64,000 nt of DNA. Origin: Eledone cirrhosa. Its lineage: Eukaryota. Under the pieces are notes generated by a model. That model ran no database searches, was not told the DNA's origin, and was given only the letters and a program-made list of their open reading frames with translations. The DNA lies in NCBI GenBank assembly GCA_964016885.1, contig OZ024744.1, positions 25,606,001 through 25,670,000 on the forward strand. The letters are read 5' to 3'. Shown one piece after another: positions 24,201 through 36,200 of this stretch (its first letter is position 1; the number at the start of each line of letters is the position of its first letter). The position numbers and the translations under genes were made by a program.

Positions 24201-27200
24201 TTAGTGGTTGTTAGTGGTTGTTAGTAGTTGTTAGTGGTTGTTAGTGGTTGTTAGTAGTTGTTAATGGTTGTTAGTGGTTGTTAGTGGTTGTTAGAGCTTG
24301 ATAATGCTTGTTAGTAATGTTAGTGGTTGTTAGTGGTTGTTAGTGGTTTTTACTGGTTGTTAGTAGTTGTTAGTGGTTGTTAGTAGTTGTTTGTGGTTGT
24401 TAGTGGTTGTTAGTGGTTGTTAGTGGTTGTTAGTGGGAGATAGTGAATGTTACTTGTTGTTAGTTGTTGTTAGTAGTTGTTAGTGGTTGTTAGTGGTTGT
24501 TAGTGGTTGTTAGTGGTTGTTAATGGTTGTTAGTGGTTGTTAGTAGTTGTTAATGATTGTTAGTGTTGTTAGTGGTTGTTAGTGATTGTTAGTAGTTGTT
24601 AGTAGTTGTTAGTGGTTGTTAGTGGTTGTTAGTGGTTGTTAGTGGTTGTTAGTGGTTGTTATTTGTTGTTAGTGGTTGTTAGCGATCGTTAGTGATTGTT
24701 AGCGTTGTTAGTGGTTGTTAATGGTTGCTAGTAGTTGTTAGAGATTGTTAGTGGTTGTTAGTTGTTGTTAGTGGTTGTTAGTAGTTGTTACTAGTTGCTA
24801 GAGGTTGTTAGTGGTTGTTAGTGGTTGTTAGTGGTTTTTAGTGGTTGTTATTGGTCGTTAGTTGTTGTTAATGAATATTAGTAGTTGTTAGTGGTTGTTA
24901 GTGGTTCTTAGTGGTTCTTAGTGGTTGTTAGTGGTTGTTAGTGGTTGTTAGTAGTTGTTAGTGGTTGTTAGTGGTTGTTAGTGGTTGTTAGTGGTTGTTA
25001 GTAGTTGCTAGTGGTTGTTAGTGGTTGTTAGTGGTTGTTAGTGGTTGTTAGTAGTTGTTAGTGGTTGTTAGTGGTTGGTATTGATTGTCATTGGTTTTTA
25101 GTGGTTGTTAGTGGTTGTTACTGATTGTTAGTAGTTGTTAGAGCTTGGTAGTGGTTGTTAGTCGTTGTTAGTGGTTGTTAGCGGTTGTTAGTGGTTGTTA
25201 GTGTTGTTAGTGGTTGTTAGTGGTTGTTACTGGTTCTTAGTAGTTGTTAGAGCTTAGTAGTGGTTGTTAGTGGTTGTTAGTAGTTGTTAGTGGTTGTTAG
25301 TGGTTGTTAGTGGTTGTTAGTGGTTGTTAGTGGTTGTTTGTGGAAGTTAGTAGTTGTTAATGGTTGTTAGTGGTTGTTAGTGGTTCTTAGTATTTGTTAG
25401 TGGTTGTTAGTAGTTGTTAATGTTTGATAATGATTGTTAGTGGTTGTTAGTGGTTGTTAGTAGTTGTTAGTGGTTGTTAGTAGTTGCTAGTGGTTGTTAG
25501 TGGTTGTTAGTGGTTGTTAGTGTTTGTTAGTAGTTGTTAGTGGTTGTTAGTGCTTGGGATTGATTGTCATTGGTTGTTAGTGGTTGTTAGTGGTTGTTAC
25601 TGATTGTTAGTAGTTGTTAGAGCTTGGTAGTGGTTGTTAGTGGTTGTTAGTGGTTGTTAGTAGTTGTTAGTGGTTGTTAGTGGTTGTTAGTGGTTGTTAG
25701 TGGTTGTTAGTGGTTGTTAGTGGATGTTAGTGGTTGTTAGTGTTGTTAGTGGTTGTTAGTGGTTGTTACTGGTTGTTAGTAGTTGTTAGAGCTTTGTAGT
25801 GGTTGTTACTGGTTGTTAGTGGTTGTTAGTAGTTGTTAGTGGTTGTTAGTGGTTGTTAGTGGTTGTTAGTGGTTGTTAGTGGTTGTTTGTGGAAGTTAGT
25901 AGTTGTTAATGGTTGTTAGTGGTTGTTAGTGGTTCTTAGTATTTGTTAGTGGTTGTTAGTAGTTGTTAATGTTTGATAATGATTGTTCGTGGTTGTTAGT
26001 GGTTGTTAGTAGTTTTTAGTGGTTGTTAGTGGTTGTTAGTAGTTGTTAATGGTTGTTAGTGGTTGTTAGTGGTTGTTAGAGGTTGATAATGCTTGTTAGT
26101 AATGTTAGTGGTTGTTAGTGGTTGTTAGTGGTTGTTACTGGTTGTTAGTAGTTGTTAGTGGTTGTTAATAGTTGTTTGTGGTTGTTATTGGTTGTTAGTG
26201 GTTGTTAGTGGTTGTTAGTGGGAGATAGTGAATGTTACTTGTTGTTAGTTGTTGTTAGTAGTTGTTAGTGGTTGTTAGTGGTTGTTAGTGGTTGTTAGTG
26301 GTTGTTAGTGGATGTTAGTAGTTGTTAGTGGTTGTTAGTAGTTGCTAGTGGTTGTTACTGGTTGTTAGTGGTTGTTAGTGGATGTTAGTGGTTGTTAGTG
26401 TTGTTAGTGGTTGTTAGTGGTTGTTACTGGTTGTTAGTAGTTGTTAGAGCTTTGTAGTGGTTGTTAGTGGTTGTTAGTGGTTGTTAGTAGTTGTTACTGG
26501 TTGTTAGTGGTTGTTAGTGATTGTTAGTGGTTGTTTGTGGAAGTTAGTAGTTGTTAATGGTTGTTAGTGGTTGTTAGTGGTTCTTAGTATTTGTTAGTAG
26601 TTGTTAGTAGTTGTTAATGTTTGATAATGATTGTTAGTGGTTGTTAGTGGTTGTTAGTAGTTGTTAGTGGTTGTTAGTGGTTGTTAGTAGTTGTTAATGG
26701 TTGTTAGTGGTTGTTAGTGGTTGTTAGAGGTTGATAATGCTTGTTAGTAATGTTAGTGGTTGTTAGTGGTTGTTAGTGGGAGATAGTGAATGTTACTTGT
26801 TGTTAGTTGTTGTTAGTAGTTGTTAGTGGTTGTTAGTGGTTGTTAGTGGTTGTTAGTGGTTGTTAATGGTTGTTAGTGGTTGTTAGTAGTTGTTAATGAT
26901 TGTTAGTGTTGTTAGTGGTTGTTAGTGATTGTTAGTAGTTGTTAGTAGTTGTTAGTGGTTGTTAGTGGTTGTTAGTGGTTGTTAGTGGTTGTTAGTGGTT
27001 GTTAGTGGTTGTTATTTGTTGTTAGTGGTTGTTAGCGATTGTTAGTGATTGTTAGCGTTGTTAGTGGTTGTTAATGGTTGCTAGTAGTTGTTAGAGATTG
27101 TTAGTGGTTGTTAGTTGTTGTTAGTGGTTGTTAGTAGTTGTTACTAGTTGCTAGAGGTTGATAGTGGTTGTTAGTGGTTGTTAGTGGTTTTTAGTGGTTG

Positions 27201-30200
27201 TTATTGGTCGTTAGTTGTTGTTAATGAATATTAGTAGTTGTTAGTGGTTGTTAGTGGTTGTTAGTGGTTCTTAGTGGTTGTTAGTGGTTGTTAGTGGTTG
27301 TTAGTAGTTGTTAGTGGTTGTTAGTGGTTGTTAGTGGTTGTTAATGGTTGTTAGTGGTTGTTAGTGGTTGTTAGTGGTTCTTAGTGGTTGTTAGTGGATG
27401 TTAGTAGTTGTTAGTGGTTGTTAGTAGTTGCTAGTGGTTGTTAGTGGTTGTTAGTGGTTGTTAGTGTTTGTTAGTAGTTGTTAGTGGTTGTTAGTGGTTG
27501 GTATTGATTGTCATTGGTTTTTAGTGGTTGTTAGTGGTTGTTACTGATTGTTAGTAGTTGTTAGAGCTTGGTAGTGGTTGTTAGTGGTTGTTAGTGGTTG
27601 TTAGCGGTTGTTAGTGGTTGTTAGTGTTGTTAGTGGTTGTTAGTGGTTGTTACTGGTTCTTAGTAGTTGTTAGAGCTTAGTAGTGGTTGTTAGTGGTTGT
27701 TAGTAGTTGTTAGTGGTTGTTAGTGGTTGTTAGTGGTTGTTAGTGGTTCTTAGTGGTTGTTAGTGGTTGTTAGTGGTTGTTAGTGTTGTTAGTGGTTGTT
27801 AGTGGTTGTTACTGGTTGTTAGTAGTTGTTAGAGCTTTGTAGTGGTTGTTACTGGTTGTTAGTGGTTGTTAGTAGTTGTTAGTGGTTGTTAGTGGTTGTT
27901 AGTGGTTGTTAGTGGTTGTTAGTGGTTGTTTGTGGAAGTTAGTAGTTGTTAATGGTTGTTAGTGGTTGTTAGTGGTTCTTAGTATTTGTTAGTGGTTGTT
28001 AGTAGTTGTTAATGTTTGATAATGATTGTTCGTGGTTTGTAGTGGTTGTTAGTAGTTGTTAGTGGTTGTTAGTGGTTGTTAGTAGTTGTTAATGGTTGTT
28101 AGTGGTTGTTAGTGGTTGTTAGAGGTTGATAATGCTTGTTAGTAATGTTAGTGGTTGTTAGTGGTTGTTAGTGGTTGTTACTGGTTGTTAGTAGTTGTTA
28201 GTGGTTGTTAGTAGTTGTTTGTGGTTGTTATTGGTTGTTAGTGGTTGTTAGTGGTTGTTAGTGGGAGATAGTGAATGTTACTTGTTGTTAGTTGTTGTTA
28301 GTAGTTGGTAGTGGTTGTTAGTGGTTGTTAGTGGTTGTTAGTGGTTGTTAATGGTTGTTAGTGGTTGTTAGTAGTTGTTAATGATTGTTAGTGTTGTTAG
28401 TGGTTGTTAGTGATTGTTAGTAGTTGTTAGTAGTTGTTAGTGGTTGTTAGTGGTTGTTAGTGGTTGTTAGTGGTTGTTAGTGGTTGTTATTTGTTGTTAG
28501 TGGTTGTTAGCGATTGTTAGTGATTGTTAGCGTTGTTAGTGGTTGTTAGTAGTTGTTACTAGCTGCTAGAGGTTGTTAGTGGTTGTTAGTGGTTCTTAGT
28601 GGTTGTCAGTGGTTGTTAGTGTTGTTAGTGGTTGTTAGTGGTTGTTAGTAGTTGTTAGTAGTTGTTAGTGGCTGTTAGTGGTTGTTAGTGATTGTTAGTG
28701 TTGTTAGTGGTTGTTAGTGGTTGTTACTAGTTGTTAGTAGTTGTTAGAGTTTGTTAGTGGTTGTTAGTGGTTGTTAGTGGTTGTTAGTGGTTGTTAGTGG
28801 TTTTTAGTGGTTGTTATTGGTCGTTAGTTGTTGTTAATGAATATTAGTAGTTGTTAGTGGTTGTTAGTGGTTCTTAGTGGTTGTTAGTGGTTGTTAGTGG
28901 TTGTTAGTGGTTGTTAGTAGTTGTTAGTGGTTGTTAGTGGTTGTTAGTGGTTGTTAGTGGTTGTTAGTGGTTGTTAGTGGTTGTTAGTGGATGTTAGTAG
29001 TTGTTAGTGGTTGTTAGTAGTTGCTAGTGGTTGTTACTGGTTGTTAGTGGTTGTTAGTGGATGTTAGTGGTTGTTAGTGTTGTTAGTGGTTGTTAGTGGT
29101 TGTTACTGGTTGTTAGTATTTGTTAGAGCTTTGTAGTGGTTGTTAGTGGTTGTTAGTGGTTGTTAGTAGTTGTTAGTGGTTGTTAGTGGTTGTTAGTGGT
29201 TTTTAGTGGTTGTTTGTGGAAGTTAGTAGTTGTTAATGATTGTTAGTGGTTGTTAGTGGTTGTTAGTAGTTGTTAGTGGTTGTTAGTGGTTGTTAGTAGT
29301 TGTTAATGGTTGTTAGTGGTTGTTAGTGGTTGTTAGAGATTGATAATGCTTGTTAGTAATGTTAGTGGTTGTTAGTGGTTGTTAGTGGTTGTTACTGGTT
29401 GTTAGTAGTTGTTAGTGGTTGTTAGTAGTTGTTTGTGGTTGTTAGTGGTTGTTAGTGGTTGTTAGTGGTTGTTAGTGGTTGTTAATGGTTGTTAGTGGTT
29501 GTTAGTAGTTGTTAATGATTGTTAGTGTTGTTAGTGGTTGTTAGTGATTGTTAGTAGTTGTTAGTAGTTGTTAGTGGTTGTTAGTGGTTGTTAGTGGTTG
29601 TTAGTGGTTGTTAGTGGTTGTTATTTGTTGTTAGTGGTTGTTAGCGATTGTTAGTGATTGTTAGCGTTGTTAGTGGTTGTTAGTGGTTGTTAGTTGTTGT
29701 TAGTGGTTGTTAGTAGTTGTTACTAGTTGCTAGAGGTTGTTAGTGGTTGTTAGTGGTTGTTAGTGGTTGTCAGTGGTTGTTAGTGTTGTTAGTGGTTGTT
29801 AGTGGTTGTTAGTAGTTGTTAGTAGTTGTTAGTGGTTGTTAGTGGTTGTTAGTGATTGTTAGTGTTGTTAGTGGTTGTTAGTGGTTGTTAGTAGTTGTTA
29901 GTAGTTGTTAGAGTTTGTTAGTGGTTGTTAGTGGTTGTTAGTGGTTGTTAGTGGTTGTTAGTGGTTGTTAGTGGTTGTTAGTGGTTTTTAGTGGTTGTTA
30001 TTGGTCGTTAGTTGTTGTTAATGAATATTAGTAGTTGTTAGTGGTTGTTAGTGGTTGTTAGTGGTTGTTAGTGGTTGTTAGTGGTTGTTAGTGGTTGTTA
30101 GTAGTTGTTAGTGGTTGTTAGTGGTTGTTAGTGGTTGTTAGTGGTTGTTAGTGGTTGTTAGTGGTTGTTAGTGGTTGTTAGTGGTTGTTAGTGGATGTTA

Positions 30201-33200
30201 GTAGTTGTTAGTGGTTGTTAGTAGTTGCTAGTGTTTGTTAGTAGTTGTTAGTGGTTGTTAGTGGGTGGTATTGATTGTCATTGGTTTTTAGTGGTTGTTA
30301 GTGGTTGTTACTGATTGTTAGTAGTTGTTAGAGCTTGGTAGTGGTTGTTAGTGGTTGTTAGTGGTTGTTAGCGGTTGTTAGTGGTTGTTAGTGTTGTTAG
30401 TGGTTGTTAGTGGTTGTTACTGGTTCTTAGTAGTCGTTAGAGCTTAGTAGTGATTGTTAGTGGTTGTTAGTGGTTCTTAGTATTTGTTAGTGGTTGTTAG
30501 TAGTTGTTAATGTTTGATAATGATTGTTAGTGGTTGTTAGTGGTTGTTAGTAGTTGTTAGTGGTTGTTAGTGGTTGTTAGTAGTTGTTAATGGTTGTTAG
30601 TGGTTGTTAGTGGTTGTTAGAGGTTGATAATCCTTGTTAGTAATGTTAGTGGCTGTTAGTGGTAGTTAGTGGTTGTTACTGGTTGTTAGTAGTTGTTAGT
30701 GGTTGTTAGTAGTTGTTAGTGGTTGTTAGTAGTTGTTACTAGTTGCTAGAGGTTGTTAGTGGTTGTTAGTGGTTGTTACTAGTTGTCAGAGCTTGGTAGT
30801 GGTTGTTAGTGTTTGTTAGTGGTTGTTAGTAGTTGTTAGTGGTTGTTTTGTGGTTGTTAGTGGTTGTTAGTGGTTGTTAGTGGTTGTTAGTGGGAGATAG
30901 TGAATGTTACTTGTTGTTAGTTGTTGTTAGTAGTTGTTAATGATTGTTAGTGTTGTTAGTGGTTGTTAGTGATTGTTAGTAGTTGTTAGTAGTTGTTAGT
31001 GGTTGTTAGTGGTTGTTAGTGGTTGTTAGTGGTTGTTAGTGATTGTTATTTGTTGTTAGTGGTTGTTAGCGATTGTTAGTGAATGTTAGCGTTGTTAGTG
31101 GTTGTTAGTGGTTGCTAGTAGTTGTTAGAGATTGTTAGTGGTTGTTAGTGGTTGTTAGTGGTTGTTAGTGGTTGTTAGTGGTTGTTAGTGTTGTTAGTGG
31201 TTGTTAGTGGTTGTTAGTAGTTGTTAGTAGTTGTTAGTGGTTGTTAGTGGTTGTTAGTGGTTGTTAGTGGTTGTTAGTGGATGTTAGTAGTTGTTAGTGG
31301 TTGTTAGAAGTTGCTAGTGGTTGTTAAAGGTTGTTAGTGTTTGTTAGTGATTGTTATTGGTTGTTATTGGTCGTTAGTGGTTGTTAATGATTATTAGTAG
31401 TTGTTAGTGGTTGTTATAGTTGTTAGTAGTTGCTAGTAGTTGTTAGTGGTTGTTAGTGGTTGTTAGAGGTTGTTAGTGGTTGTTAGTGGTTGTTAGTGGT
31501 TGTTAGTGGTTGTTAGCGGGTGTTAGTGGTTGTTAGTGTTGTTAGTGGTTGTTAGTGGTTGTTACTGGTTGTTACTAGTTGTTAGAGCTTGGTAGTGGTT
31601 GTTAGTGGTTGTTAGTGGTTGTTAGTGGTTGTTAATGGTTGTTAGTGGTTGTTAGTGGTTGTTAGTGGTTTTTAGTAGTTGTTAGTGGTTGTCAGTTGTT
31701 GTTAGTGGTTGTTAGTGGTTGTTATTTGTTGTTAGTGGTTGTTAGCGATTGTTAGTGATTGTTAGTGTTGTTAGTGGTTGTTAGTGGTTGCAAGTAGTTG
31801 TTAGTGATTGTTAGTGGTTGTTAGTGGTTGTTAGTGGTTGTTAGTAGTTGTTACTAGTTGCTAGAGGTTGTTAGTGGTTGTTAGTGGTTGTTAGTGGTTC
31901 TTAGTGGTTGTTTGTGATTGTTAGTGTTGTTAGTGGTTGTTAGTGGTTGTTAGTAGTTGTTAGTAGTTGTTAGTGGTTGTTAGTGGTTGTTAGTGATTGT
32001 TAGTGTTGTTAGTGGTTGTTAGTGGTTTTTAGTGGTTGTTATTGGTCGTTAGTTGTTGTTAATGAATATTAGTACTTGTTAGTGGTTGTTAGTGGTTCTT
32101 AGTGGTACTTAGTGATTGTTAGTGGTTGTTAGTGGTTGTAAGTAGTTGTTAGTGGTTGTTAGTGGTTGTTATTGATTGTCAGTGGTTGTTAGTGGTTGTT
32201 AGTAACTGTTTTTGGTCGTTAGTGGTTGTTAATGAATATTAGTAGTTGTTCGTGGTTGTTAGTGGTTGTTAGTGGTTCTTAGTAGTTGTTAGTGGTTGTT
32301 AGTAGTTGTTACTGGTTGTTACTGGTTGTTAGTGGTTGTTAGTGGTTGTTAGTGGTTGTTAATGGTTGTTAGTTCATGTTAGTGGATGTTAGTGGATGTT
32401 AGTAGTTGTTAATGGTTGTTAGTGGTTGTTAGTGGTTGTTATTGGTTGTTAGTGGTTGTTAGTGGTTGGTAGTAGTTGTTAATGTTTGATAATGGTTGTT
32501 AGTAATTGTTAGTGGTTGTTAGTGCTTGTTAATGGTTGTTAGAGTTTGTTAATGTTTGTTAGTAGTTGTTAGTGGTTGATAGTGCTTGTTAGTAGTTTTT
32601 ATTGGATGTTAGTGGTTGTTAGTGGTTGTTATAGTTGTTAGTAGTTGTTAGTAGTTATTATTGGTTGTTAGTGGTTGTTAGTGGTTGTTAGTGTTGTTAG
32701 TGGTTTCTAGTGGTTGTTAGTGGATGTTAGTGGTTGTTAGTGGTTGTTAGTAGTTTAGTAGTTGTTAGTGGTTGTTAGTGGTTGTTAGTGGTTGTTAATG
32801 GTTGTTAGTGGTTGTTAGTAGTTGTTAGTGGTTGTTAGTGGTTGTTAGTGGTTGTTAGTAGTTGTTAGTGGTTGTTAGTGGTTGGTATTGATTGTCATTG
32901 GTTTTTAGTGGTTGTTAGTGGTTGTTACTGATTGTTAGTAGTTGTTAGAGCTTGGTACTGGTTGTTAGTGATTGTTAGTGGTTGTTAGTGGTTGTTAGTG
33001 TTGTTAGTGGTTGTTAGTGGTTGTTACTGGTTCTTAGTAGTTGTTAGAGCTTAGTATTGGTTGTTAGTGGTTGTCAGTTGTTGTTAGTTGTTGTTAGTAG
33101 TTGTTAGTGGTTGTTACTGGTTGTTAGTGGTTGTTAGTGGTTGTTTTTGGAAGTTAGTAGTTGTTAATGGTTGTTCGTGGTTGTTAGTGGTTCTTAGTAT

Positions 33201-36200
33201 TTGTTAGTGGTTGTTAGTAGTTGTTAATGTTTGATAATGATTGTTAGTGGTTGTTAGTGGTTGTTAGTAGTTGTTAGTGGTTGTTAGTGGTTGTTAGTAG
33301 TTGTTAATGGTTGTTAGTGGTTGTTAGTGGTTGTTAGAGGTTGATAATCCTTGTTAGTAATGTTAGTGGCTGTTAGTGGTTGTTAGTGGGTGTTACTGGT
33401 TGTTAGTAGTTGTTAGTGGTTGTTAGTAGTTGTTAGTGGTTGTTAGTAGTTGTTACTAGTTGCTAGAGGTTGTTAGTGGTTGTTAGTGGTTGTTACTAGT
33501 TGTTAGAGCTTGGTAGTGGTTGTTAGCAGTTGTTAGTGGTTGTTAGTAGTTGTTAGTGGTTGTTTTGTGGTTGTTAGTGGTTGTTAGTGGTTGTTAGTGG
33601 TTGTTAGTGGTTGTTAGTGGGAGATAGTGAATGTTACTTGTTGTTAGTTGTTGTTAGTAGTTGTTAGTGGTTGTTAGTGGTTGTTAGTGGTTGTTAGTGG
33701 TTGTTAATGGTTGTTAGTGGTTGTTAGTAGTTGTTTATGATTGTTAGTGTTGTTAGTGGTTGTTAGTGATAGTTAGTAGTTGTTAGTAGTTGTTAGTGGT
33801 TGTTACTGGTTGTTAGTGGTTGTTAGTGGTTGTTAGTGATTTTTATTTGTTGTTAGTGGTTGTTAGCGATTGTTAGTGAATGTTAGCGTTGTTAGTGGTT
33901 GTAGTGGTTGCTAGTAGTTGTTAGAGATTGTTAGTGGTTGTTAGTGGTTGTTAGTGGTTGTTAGTGGTTGTTAGTGGTTGTTAGTGTTGTTAGTGGTTGT
34001 TAGTGGTTGTTAGTAGTTGTTAGTAGTTGTTAGTGGTTGTTAGTGGTTGTTAGTTGTTGTTAGTGGTTGTTAGTGGATGTTAGTAGTTGTTAGTGGTTGT
34101 TAGAAGTTGCTAGTGGTTGTTAGAGGTTGTTAGTGTTTGTTAGTGATTGTTCTTGGTTGTTATTGCTCGTTAGTGGTTGTTAATGATTATTAGTAGTTGT
34201 TAGTGGTTGTTATAGTTGTTAGTAGTTGCTAGTAGTTGTTAGTGGTTGTTAGTGGTTGTTAGAGGTTGTTAGTGGTTGTTAGTGGTTGTTAGTGGTTGTT
34301 AGTGGTTGTTAGCGGTTGTTAGTGGTTGTTAGTGTTGTTAGTGGTTGTTAGTGGTTGTTACTGGTTGTTACTAGTTGTTAGAGCTTGGTAGTGGTTGTTA
34401 ATGGTTGTTAGTGGTTGTTAGTGGTTGTTAATGGTTGTTAGTGGTTGTTAGTGGTTGTTAGTGGTTTTTAGTAGTTGTTAGTGGTTGTCAGTTGTTGTTA
34501 GTGGTTGTTAGTGGTTGTTATTTGTTGTTAGTGGTTGTTAGCGATTGTTAGTGATTGTTAGTGTTGTTAGTGGTTGTTAGTGGTTGCTAGTAGTTGTTAG
34601 AGATTGTTAGTGGTTGTTAGTGGTTGTTAGTGGTTGTTAGTAGTTGTTACTAGTTGCTAGAGGTTGTTAGTGGTTGTTAGTGGTTGTTAGTGGTTGTTTG
34701 TGATTGTTAGTGTTGTTAGTGGTTGTTAGTGGTTGTTAGTGGTTGTTAGTAGTTGTTAGTAGTTGTTAGTGGTTGTTAGTGGTTGTTAGTGATTGTTAGT
34801 GTTGTTAGTGGTTGTTAGTGGTTTTTAGTGGTTGTTATTGGTCGTTAGTTGTTGTTAATGAATATTAGTAGTTGTTCGTGGTTGTTAGTGGTTGTTAGTG
34901 GTTCTTAGTAGTTGTTAGTGGTTGTTAGTAGTTGTTACTGGTTGTTACTGGTTGTTAGTGGTTGTTAGTGGTTGTTAGTGGTTGTTAATGGTTGTTAGTT
35001 CATGTTAGTGGATGTTAGTGGATGTTAGTAGTTGTTAATGGTTGTTAGTGGTTGTTAGTGGTTGTTATTGGTTGTTAGTGGTTGTTAGTGGTTGGTAGTA
35101 GTTGTTAATGTTTGATAATGGTTGTTAGTAATTGTTAGTGGTTGTTAGTGCTTGTTAATGGTTGTTAGAGTTTGTTAATGGTTGTTAGTAGTTGTTATTG
35201 GTTGTTAGTGCTTGTTAGTAGTTTTTATTGGATGTTAGTGGTTGTTAGTGGTTGTTATAGTTGTTAGTAGTTGTTAGTAGTTATTAGTGGTTGTTAGTGG
35301 TTGTTAGTGGTTGTTAGTGGTTGTTAGTGTTGTTAGTGGTTGCTAGTGGTTGTTAGTGGATGTTAGTGGTTGTTAGTGGTTGTTAGTAGTTTAGTAGTTG
35401 TTAGTGGTTGTTAGTGGTTGTTAGTGGTTGTTAATGGTTGTTAGTGGTTGTTAGTAGTTGTTAGTGGTTGTTAGTGGTTGTTAGTGCTTGTTAGTAGTTG
35501 TTAGTGGTTGTTAGTGGTTGTTAGTGCTTGTTAGTATTTGTTAGTGGTTGTTAGTGGTTGGTATTGATTGTCATTGGTTTTTAGTGGTTGTTAGTGGTTG
35601 TTACTGATTGTTAGTAGTTGTTAGAGCTTGGTACTGGTTGTTAGTGATTGTTAGTGGTTGTTAGCGGTTGTTAGTGGTTGTTAGTGTTGTTAGTGGTTGT
35701 TAGTGGTTGTTACTGGTTCTTAGTAGTTGTTAGAGCTTAGTAGTGGTTGTTAGTGGTTGTCAGTTGTTGTTAGTTGTTGTTAGTTGTTGTTAGTGGTTGT
35801 TAGTGGTTGTTACTGGTTGTTATTGGTTGTTAGTGGTTGTTTGTGGAAGTTAGTAGTTGTTAATGGTTGTTCGTGGTGGTTAGTGGTTCTTAGTATTTGT
35901 TAGTGGTTGTTAGTAGTTGTTAATGTTTGATAATGATTGTTAGTGGTTGTTAGTGGTTGTTAGTAGTTGTTAGTCGTTGTTAGTGGTTGTTAGTAGTTGT
36001 TAATGGTTGTTAGTGGTTGTTAGTGGTTGTTAGAGGTTGATAATCCTTGTTAGTAATGTTAGTGGCTGTTAGTGGTTGTTAGTGGTTGTTACTGGTTGTT
36101 AGTAGTTGTTAGTGGGTGTTAGTAGTTGTTAGTGGTTGTTAGTAGTTGTTACTAGTTGCTAGAGGTTGTTAGTGGTTGTTAGTGGTTGTTACTAGTTGTT

